Shown piece after piece: positions 44,619-55,655 of a DNA stretch of 64,000 nucleotides. Under the pieces are notes generated by a model. The model ran no database searches. It saw only the letters and a list, made by a program, of their open reading frames with translations, and was not told where the DNA came from. Position numbers and translations under genes: made by a program. The stretch's first letter is position 1. Each line of letters opens with the position of its first letter. Source of the stretch: Candidatus Woesearchaeota archaeon (GTDB lineage Archaea > Nanobdellota > Nanobdellia > Woesearchaeales > GW2011-AR9); contig JABHQW010000002.1 of the NCBI GenBank assembly GCA_018696595.1, forward strand, positions 38,420-102,419. The letters are read 5' to 3'.

Positions 44619-44791
44619 CTTTTCTCAATGATTTATTGTTATTTTTAACATATATATTGCACAATCTTCTTTTTAACTAGAAATTACCAAAAGCTTTATA
44701 AACCCCCCATTTAACTATCTTTCAAAATGGCTAAAGATCTTTCTATGAGTAACAATCTAAAAATTTTACTTGTAGATAGTGCTATATGAAT

Positions 44792-44939
44792 GCCCTGGTA
44801 GTGTAGCCAGGTTTAGCATGAAGCCCTGTCGGAAACTTTTACGAAAAGAAAAATTCGTGAGGTTTTTAGAAAGGCTTCGACCCGGGTTCAAATGGGTTGT
44901 AGATGTTATTTACAATCACTGAATGTCCCGGCCAGGGCG
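44792..44939 (+). tRNA. tRNA-Asp(GUC) with two introns (37/38: 44832-44871; 59/60: 44893-44925)
   Basis: GCCCTGG/CCAGGGC, G73, AAGCC-CT-GTC-GA-GGCTT, T-loop BHB TTCA/TGAA. Confidence 0.93.
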
Positions 44940-44974
44940 TTTCCTTTACCTTAGGTTAGGGAATTAAACGAAAT

Positions 44975-45048
44975 GGGCCGGTAGCTTAGCTTGGAAGAGC
45001 GCCTGACTTTTAATCAGGCGGTCGAGGGTTCAAATCCCTTCCGGCCCG
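44975..45048 (+). tRNA. tRNA-Lys(UUU), intronless
   Basis: GGGCCGG/CCGGCCC, CCTGA-CT-TTT-AA-TCAGG, GAGGG-TTCAAAT-CCCTT. Confidence 0.97.
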
Positions 45049-45079
45049 CTCATATTCAACAAATGGAGAAAAATCAAAA

Positions 45080-45316
45080 ATGACTCTTGATGGAAACAAA
45101 CACCTACTAATTCCGAAACATAGTAAATTAAATGAATCAGATAAAAAGAAGCTATTAGAAGAATACAAAATCAATGTTTTCTCTTTACCTAAGATTACTA
45201 GTGAAGATCCTGCTATTGTTAAATTTAATGCAAAAGTTGGAGACGTAATTAAAATTGAGAGAGACAGTAAAACTGCTGGAACTACATCCTATTATCGTGT
45301 TGTAGTGGAAAGCTAG
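45080..45316 (+). CDS. rpoH: RNA polymerase subunit H (Rpo5)
   Basis: HLLIPKH, LPKI..EDP, GDVIKIERDSKTAG..YYRVV. Confidence 0.95.
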   Translation: MTLDGNKHLLIPKHSKLNESDKKKLLEEYKINVFSLPKITSEDPAIVKFNAKVGDVIKIERDSKTAGTTSYYRVVVES

Positions 45317-45333
45317 AGGGAGGAAAAAATCAA

Positions 45334-46809
45334 ATGGACCGATCCATCTTAATCAAAAAATATTTCGAAGAAAAACGATTTGTGGACAGTAGTATTCAGT
45401 CTTTTAATAACTTTATAGATAATGGTTTGCAAGAAGTTGTTGAAGAGAATAAAGAAGCAGAGCCTGCAATTATCCCACATAATATTGAAAAATTTAAAAT
45501 CAGGTTCGGAAGAATTACTGTTGGTAAACCTGAAATTACTGAAGCCGATGGAAGTAAGAGGCCAATTTATCCTGCTGAAGCAAGATTAAGAAAAATTTCT
45601 TATTATGCTCCTATCTATTTGGAAGTTAGTACTTATATTAATGATGTTCAAAGAGAAAGTTTTGTTGCAGAAATTGGAAAAATGCCAATCATGCTTAGAA
45701 GTAAATATTGTCATCTTGACGGGTTAAGCCGAGAAGAACTAATTAAACATGGTGACGACCCAACTGATCCTGGTGGATACTTTATTATTAACGGAACTGA
45801 AAGAGTAATTGTTAATGTTGAAGATTTGGCAGCTAACAATTTTATTGTTGAAGGTAATCCCATTAAAGGATATAATGGGAGATTCTTTGCAGCAAAAGGA
45901 TCTTACAAAATTCCTCATTCTTTTGAAAGGAAGAAAGATGGGATTTATTATATGACATTTACTCGGGTTAAGAATATGCCCATTATAGTTGTATTAAAAG
46001 CATTGGGGCTAACTAAAGACGAAGATATCATGCGAGCAATCTCTGCTAATGAAACTTATGAAGAAGTAATTCTTAACTTGTTTGAATTTGTTGATATCAA
46101 AACTCAAGAAGATGCAGTGGATTACATTTCTAAAAGAATTGGAATCGCTCAAGCTAAAGAAATTAGAATTGAAAGAACTAAAGAAATCTTAGACAAGTTC
46201 TTGTTACCTAATATTGGTATGGATATTGGCTTGAAATCAATAAAAGCAAAAAACATTTGTAAGATGTTAAAGAAATTCATTGATGTTAGAAAAGAAACAA
46301 GACCTTCTGATGATAAGGATCATTACATGAATAAAAGACTGAGACTTAGTGGAGACTTAATGATTGATTTGTTTAGAGTTAATTTTAAAATTCTGGTTGG
46401 AGATATTCTTTACAACTTTCAAAGAATTATCAAACGGGGAAAATTACCTTCAATCCGAGTTATTATTAGAGATAAGTTGTTAACTTCTAGACTTTATTCT
46501 TCAATGGCTACCGGAGAATGGGTTGGTGGGAGACAAGGAGTATCTCAAAGAATGGATCGTTCAAATTTTTTGGCAATGGTATCACATTTACAAAAGGTTG
46601 TTAGTCCGTTATCTTCAAGTCAAGAGAATTTTGACGCAAGAGCATTACATTGTACGCACATTGGTAGGTTGTGTCCAATTGAAACTCCTGAAGGTACAAA
46701 CATTGGGCTAAGAAAAAACATGGCAATGTTATGTTCAATCTCACAAGACGTTGGGGAAACTAGCGTTCTTGAGAAAGTTAAAGAATTAGGTTTAAAACCT
46801 ATCGAATAA
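45334..46809 (+). CDS. rpoB2: RNA polymerase subunit B'' (Rpo2N)
   Basis: QSFNNFI, P.EARLR.ISY, DPGGYFIINGTERV, DKDHYMNKRLRLSGDL, GRLCPIETPEGTNIGL. Confidence 0.97.
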   Translation: MDRSILIKKYFEEKRFVDSSIQSFNNFIDNGLQEVVEENKEAEPAIIPHNIEKFKIRFGRITVGKPEITEADGSKRPIYPAEARLRKISYYAPIYLEVSTYINDVQRESFVAEIGKMPIMLRSKYCHLDGLSREELIKHGDDPTDPGGYFIINGTERVIVNVEDLAANNFIVEGNPIKGYNGRFFAAKGSYKIPHSFERKKDGIYYMTFTRVKNMPIIVVLKALGLTKDEDIMRAISANETYEEVILNLFEFVDIKTQEDAVDYISKRIGIAQAKEIRIERTKEILDKFLLPNIGMDIGLKSIKAKNICKMLKKFIDVRKETRPSDDKDHYMNKRLRLSGDLMIDLFRVNFKILVGDILYNFQRIIKRGKLPSIRVIIRDKLLTSRLYSSMATGEWVGGRQGVSQRMDRSNFLAMVSHLQKVVSPLSSSQENFDARALHCTHIGRLCPIETPEGTNIGLRKNMAMLCSISQDVGETSVLEKVKELGLKPIE

Positions 46810-46818
46810 GGAAATAAA

Positions 46819-48621
46819 ATGGCAGACGTTTATATTAATTCAAGATTTGTAGGAACAGTAGATGACATTAATCTATTTGTTGAGAACATAAAAGATGAAA
46901 GAAGAAAAGGTTCTTTGGCAGAAGATGTTAATGTTTATACTGATATAGAAAACAATGAAGTTCACGTTAATTGTGATGGTGGAAGAGCAAGAAGGCCTTT
47001 AATAATTATTAAAGAAGGAAAATCTTTGCTAACAGAAAGACACTTGAAACAATTAAAAGATGGCGAAATCACTTGGGCTGATTTAGTGAGACAAGGAGTC
47101 GTAGAATATTTGGACGCTGGTGAAGAAGAAAATGCATTAGTGGCTTACGACGAAACTCAATTAACCGAGAAACATACGCACATGGAAATTACTCCTGGGT
47201 CTATTAGTGGAATTGCAACTGCATTGGTTCCTTTTGGAAACTTTAACCAATCTTCAAGATTAATTATTGGAAGTAAGAACCAGAAACAATCTTTAGGATT
47301 CTATGCTGCTAATTATCACATTAGATTAGATATGGATACAAACTTATTACATTATCCACAATTTCCTTTAGTTAAAACTAAGTTACACGATGTTACTAAT
47401 TATGATGAACATCCGGCCGGCCAGAATATGGTTGTTGCTATAATGTGTTTCGATGGTTATAACATGGAGGATGGAGTTATATTAAACAAGAGTTCTGTTG
47501 AGAGAGGATTGGCAAGAAGTACTTATTTCCGTCCAGTATCTGCAGAAGAATTACGTTATTCTGGTGGTTTAATTGATGAAGTTTCTATTCCTGATAAAGA
47601 AGTTAAAGGTTATCGTAGTGAAGCCGATTACAAGTTCCTTGAAGGGGACGGAATTATCTATCCTGAAGCAAAAGTATGTGATGGTGACGTGATTATTGGA
47701 AGAACATCTCCTCCTAGATTCTTGAGTAGTTTGGATGAATACAATTTATCTGCTGCCATTAGAAGAGAAAGTTCTGTTTCTTTGAAACATGGAGAAAAAG
47801 GTGTGGCTGACTTTGTCGTTATTACTGAAAATGAAGAAGGTAACAAACTTGTTCAAGTAAGATTAAGGGAGGAAAGAATTCCAGAGATTGGAGATAAATT
47901 CACTTCTCGTCATGGTCAGAAAGGAGTTACAGGTATTTTAGTTCCTGTGCAAGACATTCCTTTTTCCGCTAATGGAATTACTCCTGACTTAATTTTCACT
48001 CCGCACGGTATTTCTTCTCGGATGACCATTTCTCATTTATTAGAATTAATTGGTGGGAAAGTTGGTGCATTATCTGGAAGATTTGTTGATGGGACTTTAT
48101 TTGAGGCAGAATCTGAACTTAATATGCGAGCAGAATTATTAAATCTTGGTTTTAAAGAAGATGGAACCGAAACATTTTATGATGGTCGGACTGGAAAGCA
48201 GATGTTAGCTAAGATTTATGTGGGAAACATGTATTATCTGAGACTAAGACATTTAGTTGCTAACAAAATGCAATCTCGGGCAAGAGGACCAATCCAATTA
48301 CTAACAAGACAACCAACTGAGGGTAAGGCTAAAGAAGGTGGTCTAAGGTTGGGAGAGATGGAGAAGGATGTTTTCATTGCTCACGGTGCTTCATTATTAT
48401 TGAAGGAAAGGTTTGATTCTGATAAAACAAACTTACCAGTTTGTGAAAAGTGTGGCCTAGTGGCAGTTGAAGACCAATACAAGAATAGAAAGTACTGTTT
48501 GATGTGTGGCGAAGATGTTAACATTAATTATGTTGAGATGAGTTACGCATTTAAATTACTGTTAGACGAAATAAGAAGCTTAGGTATCTACCCTAAGTTG
48601 AATTTAGAAAATAAGTATTAA
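46819..48621 (+). CDS. rpoB1: RNA polymerase subunit B' (Rpo2C)
   Basis: GYNMEDG, GDKFTSRHGQKG, YYLRLRHLV..K..SRARGP, RQPTEGKAKEGGLRLGEMEKD, Zn ribbon. Confidence 0.97.
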   Translation: MADVYINSRFVGTVDDINLFVENIKDERRKGSLAEDVNVYTDIENNEVHVNCDGGRARRPLIIIKEGKSLLTERHLKQLKDGEITWADLVRQGVVEYLDAGEEENALVAYDETQLTEKHTHMEITPGSISGIATALVPFGNFNQSSRLIIGSKNQKQSLGFYAANYHIRLDMDTNLLHYPQFPLVKTKLHDVTNYDEHPAGQNMVVAIMCFDGYNMEDGVILNKSSVERGLARSTYFRPVSAEELRYSGGLIDEVSIPDKEVKGYRSEADYKFLEGDGIIYPEAKVCDGDVIIGRTSPPRFLSSLDEYNLSAAIRRESSVSLKHGEKGVADFVVITENEEGNKLVQVRLREERIPEIGDKFTSRHGQKGVTGILVPVQDIPFSANGITPDLIFTPHGISSRMTISHLLELIGGKVGALSGRFVDGTLFEAESELNMRAELLNLGFKEDGTETFYDGRTGKQMLAKIYVGNMYYLRLRHLVANKMQSRARGPIQLLTRQPTEGKAKEGGLRLGEMEKDVFIAHGASLLLKERFDSDKTNLPVCEKCGLVAVEDQYKNRKYCLMCGEDVNINYVEMSYAFKLLLDEIRSLGIYPKLNLENKY

Positions 48622-48641
48622 ACTTATGTTGAGGAAAAAAA

Positions 48642-51212
48642 ATGGATCGACAAGTGCATAAAAAAGTATGTAATATTAACTTTAGTTTGTTTTCTCCAAA
48701 ACAAATTATGGATCTAGCTGCTGCTAAAGTAGTTACTCCTGAATTATATGATCGTGAAGGATATTCTGTTGACGGTGGTTTAATGGATATTCGTTTAGGG
48801 GTTATTGATCCAGGGTTAAGATGTAAAACCTGTGGTCAAAAGCTTAAAGAATGTCCTGGTCATTTTGGATATATTGAATTAGCAAGACCTGTAATTCATA
48901 TTAAGTTTGTTAGACAAGTTCTTGATTTGTTAAAATCTACTTGTAAATATTGTGGTCAGGTTCTTATTCCTGAAAATAACATTAGCAAGTTTACCGATGT
49001 TTTTGATAAAGTGGGTAAGGAAGAAGGTTTTGAAGCAAGAAGAAGAAAAATTAAGGAAGTTGTTAATAAATTTAAAACTAAAGAAAAGTGTCCTCATTGT
49101 GAGAAAAAACAAGAAAAAATTAAAATTGAAAAACCTTATACTTATTACGAAAGTGATTTACGTCTAAGTCCAATTGAAGTGCGAGCAAGATTAGAAAAAG
49201 TACCTTCAGAAGATCTTAAAATCTTTGGATACGTAGAAGGTTTCCGTCCAGAATGGATGGTTCTAACTGTTTTACAAATTCCTCCAGTTACGATGCGTCC
49301 AAGCATTACTTTAGAATCTGGAGAACGAAGTGAAGACGACTTAACTCATAAGTTAGGTGATATTGTTAGAATTAATCAGCGTTTATTTGAGAACATTAAT
49401 GCTGGTGCTCCTGAAGTTATTATTGAAGATTTATGGGATCTGTTACAATACCATGTTACAACTTTCTTTGACAATGCAGTTTCTCAACTACCTCCTGCAA
49501 GACATCGGGGCGGACAAGTACTAAAAACATTAGCTGCAAGAATTAAAAGTAAAGAAGGTCGGTTAAGACATAATCTTGCTGGTAAGAGAACTGACTTTTC
49601 AGCGAGAACAGTTATTAGTCCTGACCCTTTTATTGATTTGAACCAAGTTGGTGTTCCATTATCAATGTCAATGAATTTAACAGTTCCAGAAAGAGTTACT
49701 GAATGGAACAAAGAATACCTGTTAAAGTTTGTTAAGAACGGACCAAAAAAATATCCTGGTGCTAATTATATTATCAAGCCTGATGGAAAAAGAAAATCCA
49801 TAACTGAAGATACACAAGAAGAAATCTTAGAAGAGTTAGAAGAAGGTTATCTTGTAGAAAGACATTTACTTGACGGTGATGTTGCTTTATTTAACAGACA
49901 ACCAAGTTTGCACAGAATGAGCATGATGTGTCATAAAGTAAAAGTTCTTCCAGGTAAAACATTCCGTTTGAATCCTGCAGTTTGTAATCCTTATAACGCT
50001 GATTTTGATGGGGATGAAATGAACTTACATATTCCACAGAACGATGAAGCAAGAGCAGAAGCAAAAATTTTAATGTTGGTTGATACTCAAATAATTAGTC
50101 CCCGTTATGGATTAAGTGTTGTGGGTTGTATCCAAGATGCAATTACTGGTAATTATCTTTTAACTAAAGAATTAGTTTTAAGTAGGGCTGAAGCAACTGA
50201 CTTATTATATAATTGCGGGGTTACTGATTTGTCCCCTTTACCTAAGAAAGAGAAGGTTGATGGTAGTGAAGTATTCTCTGTTTTATTACCTAACGACTTT
50301 AGTTTCATTGGTAAAGATAAGAGTGGTAATGACGTTAAGATTGTTAATGGAAAACTAAAATCTGGTTACATGGACAAATCTAACTTAGGTCAAGAAAGTG
50401 GACTGATGTTAAGAAACATTTATGAAAAATATGGTCCTGCTTATACTGCTGAACTTTTAGGTAAGATCTCAAAATTAGGTATTTCTGTATTGGCAAGAAG
50501 AGGGTTCTCGATTGGAATTGGGGATATGGACTTACCATTAGAAACACAAGATGAAATTAGGGCAACTGTAAAGAAATCCGAAGATGAAGCACTAAAAATA
50601 ATTGATGAATTTTATGCTGGAAAATTGGATGCATTGCCTGGAAGAAGTGTTGCTGAAACTCTTGAACTTAATGTTCTTGGTGCACTTAACAAAGCAAGAA
50701 ATAAGAGCGGAGATATTGCTATGAAACAAGTACAAAATAGTGCAGCAATTACTATGGCTCGGAGTGGTGCAAGAGGAAATCCTTTAAACATTGCTCAAAT
50801 GACTGCTGTTGTTGGTCAGCAAGCTTTAAGAGGTAAAAGAATTGAGTCTGGTTTTAAAAATAGAACCATGTCTTATTTTGGAAATAAAGATCTTAGTCCT
50901 AAGGCTAGGGGTTTTGTTAAAAATAATTTTAAAAGCGGTTTGACCCCTGCAGAGTTCTTTTTTGGAGCGATGACTGGGAGAGACGCATTAATGGATACTG
51001 CTTTGAGAACACCTAAATCCGGTTATCTTTATCGAAGATTATCTAACGCTTTACAAGATCTTAAAGTTGAATATGATGGCACAGTTAGAGATGCAAGTAG
51101 TAGGATTGTCCAGTTTAGTTATGGAGAAGACGGATTAGATGTTTCCAAAACTAAGAATGGTGTTGTTGATGTAAAAAGTGTCATTCAAAATGTTATAGGT
51201 GCAAGCAAATGA
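48642..51212 (+). CDS. rpoA1: RNA polymerase subunit A' (Rpo1N)
   Basis: [58 protein letters not shown]. Confidence 0.98.
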   Translation: MDRQVHKKVCNINFSLFSPKQIMDLAAAKVVTPELYDREGYSVDGGLMDIRLGVIDPGLRCKTCGQKLKECPGHFGYIELARPVIHIKFVRQVLDLLKSTCKYCGQVLIPENNISKFTDVFDKVGKEEGFEARRRKIKEVVNKFKTKEKCPHCEKKQEKIKIEKPYTYYESDLRLSPIEVRARLEKVPSEDLKIFGYVEGFRPEWMVLTVLQIPPVTMRPSITLESGERSEDDLTHKLGDIVRINQRLFENINAGAPEVIIEDLWDLLQYHVTTFFDNAVSQLPPARHRGGQVLKTLAARIKSKEGRLRHNLAGKRTDFSARTVISPDPFIDLNQVGVPLSMSMNLTVPERVTEWNKEYLLKFVKNGPKKYPGANYIIKPDGKRKSITEDTQEEILEELEEGYLVERHLLDGDVALFNRQPSLHRMSMMCHKVKVLPGKTFRLNPAVCNPYNADFDGDEMNLHIPQNDEARAEAKILMLVDTQIISPRYGLSVVGCIQDAITGNYLLTKELVLSRAEATDLLYNCGVTDLSPLPKKEKVDGSEVFSVLLPNDFSFIGKDKSGNDVKIVNGKLKSGYMDKSNLGQESGLMLRNIYEKYGPAYTAELLGKISKLGISVLARRGFSIGIGDMDLPLETQDEIRATVKKSEDEALKIIDEFYAGKLDALPGRSVAETLELNVLGALNKARNKSGDIAMKQVQNSAAITMARSGARGNPLNIAQMTAVVGQQALRGKRIESGFKNRTMSYFGNKDLSPKARGFVKNNFKSGLTPAEFFFGAMTGRDALMDTALRTPKSGYLYRRLSNALQDLKVEYDGTVRDASSRIVQFSYGEDGLDVSKTKNGVVDVKSVIQNVIGASK

Positions 51213-52354
51213 AAGCAGAACACACAAAAATAATTAATAGCTATGCTGATAAATTACCTCCATTAGTATTGAAAACAGTGGAAGAAGAAGTTCCTGGAAA
51301 TATTAGTGCTAGCAATCTATCTAAGATTATGGAAGGAGTTATTGCAGCTTACAAATATGCTGAAGTTCATCCTGGTGAAAGTGTTGGTTTAGTTGGCGCT
51401 GAAAGTATTGGTGAGCCTGGTACACAAATGACTTTGAATACGTTTCACTTGGCTGGGGTTGCTGAAGTACAAGTTACTACTGGTTTGCCAAGGATTATTG
51501 AAGTTTTTGATGCAAGAAAAGAAATCAAAACTCCAATGATGGAGATTTATCTTAAAAGTCCACATAATAAAAATATGGAAAAAGTTCGTAAGTTTGCTGC
51601 TAATATTAAAGAGATGAAATTTGAAGAATTTGTTTCCGAATATTCATTAAGTATCTTTGATCAGACTCTTAAAGTAGTTTTAAATAAAGGTTTGTTAGAT
51701 GACAATGCTTTAGTTGCAAAAGACTTAATCAAGTTAATTAAGACTAAAGCAAAGGGATTTAATTTAACAAGTCAAAATGAAGAGATTCTTTTTACTCATA
51801 AAGGTAAAACTGAGGAAATTAAAGATCTTTATGCAATCAAGGAAAAAATTAAAGATGTTAAAGTTGGCGGAGTCAAGGGTTTGAAACAAGTTCTTCCAGT
51901 AAAGCGAAATGAAGAATATGTTGTTTTAACTTCTGGAAATAATTTGAAAGATGTTTTGGCTTTACCTGAGGTTGATTCAAATAGAACAACTAGTAACGAC
52001 ATCTATGAAATTTATAAAGTTCTGGGCATTGAAGCGGCTAGACAAGCAATAATTAATGAGGTTTACAAAGTTGTTGAATCTCAAGGATTGAATGTTAATA
52101 TTCGTCATATTATGCTTGTAGCAGACGTGATGTGTGCTAGTGGTGTGGTTAAAGGAGTTACTCGTTATGGTGTTGTTAGTGAGAAAGCTAGTGTTTTAGC
52201 AAGGGCATCTTTTGAAACTCCATTAAAACATTTATTTAATGCTGCATTGGAAGGGGAAGTTGATGACCTGACTTCTGTAGTTGAAAATGTAATGATTAAT
52301 CAGCCAGTTCCAATTGGTACTGGGTTACCTGGATTAATAACAAAGATGAAATAA
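51209..52354 (+). CDS. rpoA2: RNA polymerase subunit A'' (Rpo1C)
   Basis: [48 protein letters not shown]. Confidence 0.97.
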   Translation: MKAEHTKIINSYADKLPPLVLKTVEEEVPGNISASNLSKIMEGVIAAYKYAEVHPGESVGLVGAESIGEPGTQMTLNTFHLAGVAEVQVTTGLPRIIEVFDARKEIKTPMMEIYLKSPHNKNMEKVRKFAANIKEMKFEEFVSEYSLSIFDQTLKVVLNKGLLDDNALVAKDLIKLIKTKAKGFNLTSQNEEILFTHKGKTEEIKDLYAIKEKIKDVKVGGVKGLKQVLPVKRNEEYVVLTSGNNLKDVLALPEVDSNRTTSNDIYEIYKVLGIEAARQAIINEVYKVVESQGLNVNIRHIMLVADVMCASGVVKGVTRYGVVSEKASVLARASFETPLKHLFNAALEGEVDDLTSVVENVMINQPVPIGTGLPGLITKMK

Positions 52355-52369
52355 TGACGGTGAGTTTAT

Positions 52370-52657
52370 ATGGCAAAGAAAAAAGAAATTAATGAAGAAA
52401 TTAAATTACTGAAAGCTAAAGTTCAAGAGGATAAAGCAATTATTGGGACTGATAGAGTAGTCAAAGAGTTAAGAAAGAAAAGCCTTAGTAAGGTGTTTTT
52501 GTCCAGTAATTGTCCTGATAACACTAAAAGTGATATTCAACATTACGCTGATTTAGTGAAGGTTCCAGTTGTTCAATTAGATTTGAATAACGAAGAACTA
52601 GGAGTTGTTTGTAAAAAAGAATTCTTCATCTCTGTTTTAGGTATTAGCGGAGAATAA
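52370..52657 (+). CDS. rpl30e: 50S ribosomal protein L30e
   Basis: IIGTDRVVKEL, VFLSSNCP, NEELGVVCKK.F.IS; conserved synteny. Confidence 0.9.
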   Translation: MAKKKEINEEIKLLKAKVQEDKAIIGTDRVVKELRKKSLSKVFLSSNCPDNTKSDIQHYADLVKVPVVQLDLNNEELGVVCKKEFFISVLGISGE

Positions 52658-52658
52658 A

Positions 52659-53075
52659 TTGGTAAGGTTAAAACTCGATCAGGAAACTTTGGGGTTATCT
52701 TTACTTATGGAAAGAATTTCTGGTGTTAGGGTTAAAGATTGTTTTAGGGACGAAGATGTGCTTTATTTTGTTGTTTCTCCTGGTTATTTGGGGAAGGCAA
52801 TTGGTAAGGGTGGAGCAAATATTAAAAAGATTCAAACCGAACTTGGTAAGAAAATCAGAATTATTGAGTTTCGGGATAATATGATAGATTTTGTTAAAAA
52901 TGTCATTTATCCTTTAAAGGTGGCGGAAGTTGTTGAGGAAGAAAATATTGTTTATATTAAAGATCCTAATAAAAAAACAAAAAGTTTATTAATAGGACGG
53001 GATGGAAAGAATCTAAAATTAATAAATAGGGCTGTCAAACGCTTTTTTAGTGTTGATGATGTCAAAGTTATATAA
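52659..53075 (+). CDS. nusA: Archaeal NusA (KH domains)
   Basis: GKAIGKGGANIKK, KIRIIEF, LIGRDGKNLK; conserved synteny. Confidence 0.92.
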   Translation: MVRLKLDQETLGLSLLMERISGVRVKDCFRDEDVLYFVVSPGYLGKAIGKGGANIKKIQTELGKKIRIIEFRDNMIDFVKNVIYPLKVAEVVEEENIVYIKDPNKKTKSLLIGRDGKNLKLINRAVKRFFSVDDVKVI

Positions 53076-53084
53076 AAATAAAAA

Positions 53085-53504
53085 ATGGCTAACAAATCAA
53101 GAGGATTAGGAGCTGCAAAGAAATTGCAGAAAAGAAGGAAGACTTACAAATTGGCTAGAAGGTCAATCTTAAAAAAGAAATCAGATCCCTTAGCAGGAGC
53201 TTCTCAAGCAAAAGCTATTGTATTAGAAAAAATTCAAATTGAAGCTAAGCAGCCAAACTCAGCTATGCGTAAGTGTGCTAGAGTTCAATTAGTAAAAAAT
53301 GGTAAACAAGTAACTGCTTTTATGCCAGGAGATGGCGCTCAGAAGCTAATTAACGAACACGATGAAGTTATTGTTGAGTGTATTGGTGGAAAGATGGGAA
53401 GAGCAAAAGGTGATATCCCAGGAGTTAGATGGCAAGTTCTTAAGGTTAATGATCAAAGTCTAAATGCTTTATTAAAAGGTAAGTTAGAGAAAGCAAGAAG
53501 GTAA
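53085..53504 (+). CDS. rps12: 30S ribosomal protein S12 (uS12)
   Basis: [32 protein letters not shown]. Confidence 0.97.
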   Translation: MANKSRGLGAAKKLQKRRKTYKLARRSILKKKSDPLAGASQAKAIVLEKIQIEAKQPNSAMRKCARVQLVKNGKQVTAFMPGDGAQKLINEHDEVIVECIGGKMGRAKGDIPGVRWQVLKVNDQSLNALLKGKLEKARR

Positions 53505-53511
53505 ACATAAA

Positions 53512-54114
53512 ATGAGTGACGAAATTAAATTTTTCAATCGATGGACTGCAGAAGGAGTTAAAGTAGAAGATCCTGGTTTGATTAATTACATTACTTTAAG
53601 TCCAAGAATCATGCCAAAAACAGGTGCAAGATATGCAGGAGCAAGATTTCATAAATCTTATACTTTTATTGTTGAACGGTTAGCTAGTAAGTTAATGGTT
53701 TCTGGTCATAAAAGTAAGAAACACTTTATGAGTTCTGGCCACAATACGGGTAAGAAAAATAAAGTTCTAAAAGTAATTGAAAACGCATTAGCAAAATGTG
53801 AATTACAGTTGAAGAAAAATCCTTTGGCTATTTTAGTAAAAGCAATTGAAAACGCTGCTCCTCGTGAAGAAGTTATCGCGATTGAGTATGGTGGTGCTCG
53901 TTATCCTAAAGCGGTTGATGTTGCTCCTCAAAGAAGAATTGACATTGCTTTGAGATACATGGCTCAGGGAGCTTACACTAAATCTTTTAATAAGAAAAAG
54001 AAAATTGAAGAAGCTTTAGCTGAAGAGCTTATTGCGGCTTACCAAAGTTCTGGAAAGAGTAATGCAGTTGCTAAGAAACGTGATACTGAAAGACAAGCTG
54101 CTAGTAGTAAGTAG
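53512..54114 (+). CDS. rps7: 30S ribosomal protein S7 (uS7)
   Basis: AIENAAPREE, YGGARYPKAVDVAPQRRID, EELIAA, RQAASSK. Confidence 0.97.
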   Translation: MSDEIKFFNRWTAEGVKVEDPGLINYITLSPRIMPKTGARYAGARFHKSYTFIVERLASKLMVSGHKSKKHFMSSGHNTGKKNKVLKVIENALAKCELQLKKNPLAILVKAIENAAPREEVIAIEYGGARYPKAVDVAPQRRIDIALRYMAQGAYTKSFNKKKKIEEALAEELIAAYQSSGKSNAVAKKRDTERQAASSK

Positions 54115-54155
54115 ATTTACAAAAACTTTTTATATTTCTTATCTTTTCTTTTATT

Positions 54156-54656
54156 ATGACATACGAACCACATCATTGTTTGAACTTTAGAATTAATGAT
54201 CATAATGTTGATTACTTTGTTGAAGCTTTTTCTAAAGAAGAACAACCAACTCAACTTTTAGTTCCTTGCGATTATGATGGAAATGAAATTGTTGTTCCAG
54301 CTCCAAGTAGGCGGGTTGTAGAGGAAGAAATTTTCAAATATGATGTTCGTAAAAGATTGGGTGACGATAGTTTAGATGTTTCTTCAATTAAATGGCCCTT
54401 TGCTTGGAAAACAGGAAAAGTTAATGTTAGTGATCCAAATGATAGAAAACCAACCTTTATGGAATGGCATAAAGTTTATGGAAACTTATCAGAGTTGCGG
54501 TTTAGAGCTCATCCTGAAGAAATGTATCAATTCTCAGCAGAAGATCAAGGCAATTTAAGAAGAATGACTCGGTTAGAAAAACAAGTTATTTCTATTGAGA
54601 TTGGTGGGATTTCAAGAACTCTCGAGAATCCTCTTTTGCAATGTTTGAGATTTTAA
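54156..54656 (+). CDS. Hypothetical protein
   Basis: 166-aa ORF between rps7 and kae1; no motif recognised. Confidence 0.6.
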   Translation: MTYEPHHCLNFRINDHNVDYFVEAFSKEEQPTQLLVPCDYDGNEIVVPAPSRRVVEEEIFKYDVRKRLGDDSLDVSSIKWPFAWKTGKVNVSDPNDRKPTFMEWHKVYGNLSELRFRAHPEEMYQFSAEDQGNLRRMTRLEKQVISIEIGGISRTLENPLLQCLRF

Positions 54657-54704
54657 TAATTTTATACTAAAATCTTTTAAATATACATTAGAATTACTTC
54701 TTTT

Positions 54705-55652
54705 ATGAACATATTAGGTATAGAATCAACTGCACATACATTTGGTGTGGGAATTGTAACAGATGAGGGAAAAGTATTAGCGAATGCTGTTGATAGTTAC
54801 ACTTCTAAGGACATTGGGATGATTCCGCACGAGATGGCGGAGCATCATAATAAAGTGGCTGAGAAGCTCTTAAAACAGGCCTTGAAGGACGCTAATGTGT
54901 CTTGGGGCGATATTGAATTTATTGCTTATTCTGCTGGTCCTGGTTTAGATCCTGCATTATGGGCTGGGTATCATATTGCTAAGAAATGGGCTGAAGAGAA
55001 TGGTAAAAAATTGGTGGGTGTAAATCACTGTGCAGCTCATTTGTCTATTGGAAAAGTGTGGAATAAACTGAAAGATCCTTGCTATCTTTATGTTTCTGGT
55101 GTAAATACTCAAATTATTGCTTATGAAGCCGGAAAATATCGTGTGTTTGGAGAAACCTTAGATCTTGGTTTAGGAAATATGTTAGACAAGTTTGGTCGTA
55201 TTTTAGGTTTGGGATTTCCTGCTGGTCCAAAAGTTGAGGAACTGGCTAAGAATGGGGGGTTTGTTGAATTACCTTACACTGTGAAAGGGATGGATTTTTC
55301 TTTTTCAGGAATTCTGACTAAAGCAGAACAATTATTGAAGAAGGGCATTTCTAAAGAAGATCTTTGTTTCTCTGTACAGGAAACTTGTTTTGCTATTCTT
55401 GCCGAAGCTACTGAAAGAGCAATGGCTTATATTGATAAAAAAGAATTGTTGTTAGTTGGTGGTGTAGGGGCTAATAAACGGTTTTGTGAAATGCTCGACA
55501 TTATGTGCAAAGAACGGGGTGCTAAATTCTATAAAGTTCCAATGGATCTTGCTGGTGATCAAGGAGCAATGATTGCTTGGGAAGGTTTTCTTAGAAAAGA
55601 TGAATCTTCTGATATAGAAGTTAATCCACATTGGCGGACTGATGAAGTTTAG
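54705..55652 (+). CDS. kae1: tRNA t6A biosynthesis protein Kae1 (not fused to Bud32)
   Basis: ILGIESTAHTFG, SAGPGL, VNHCAAH, LYVSG..TQ, GETLD..LGN.LDKF, GFPAGP, DQGAMIA. Confidence 0.95.
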   Translation: MNILGIESTAHTFGVGIVTDEGKVLANAVDSYTSKDIGMIPHEMAEHHNKVAEKLLKQALKDANVSWGDIEFIAYSAGPGLDPALWAGYHIAKKWAEENGKKLVGVNHCAAHLSIGKVWNKLKDPCYLYVSGVNTQIIAYEAGKYRVFGETLDLGLGNMLDKFGRILGLGFPAGPKVEELAKNGGFVELPYTVKGMDFSFSGILTKAEQLLKKGISKEDLCFSVQETCFAILAEATERAMAYIDKKELLLVGGVGANKRFCEMLDIMCKERGAKFYKVPMDLAGDQGAMIAWEGFLRKDESSDIEVNPHWRTDEV

Positions 55653-55655
55653 AAA

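Noticed and set aside
44727-44789. 20-codon ORF upstream of tRNA-Asp as a leader peptide
   Set aside because: Lies in the probable tRNA promoter/leader region; no RBS or informative codon bias
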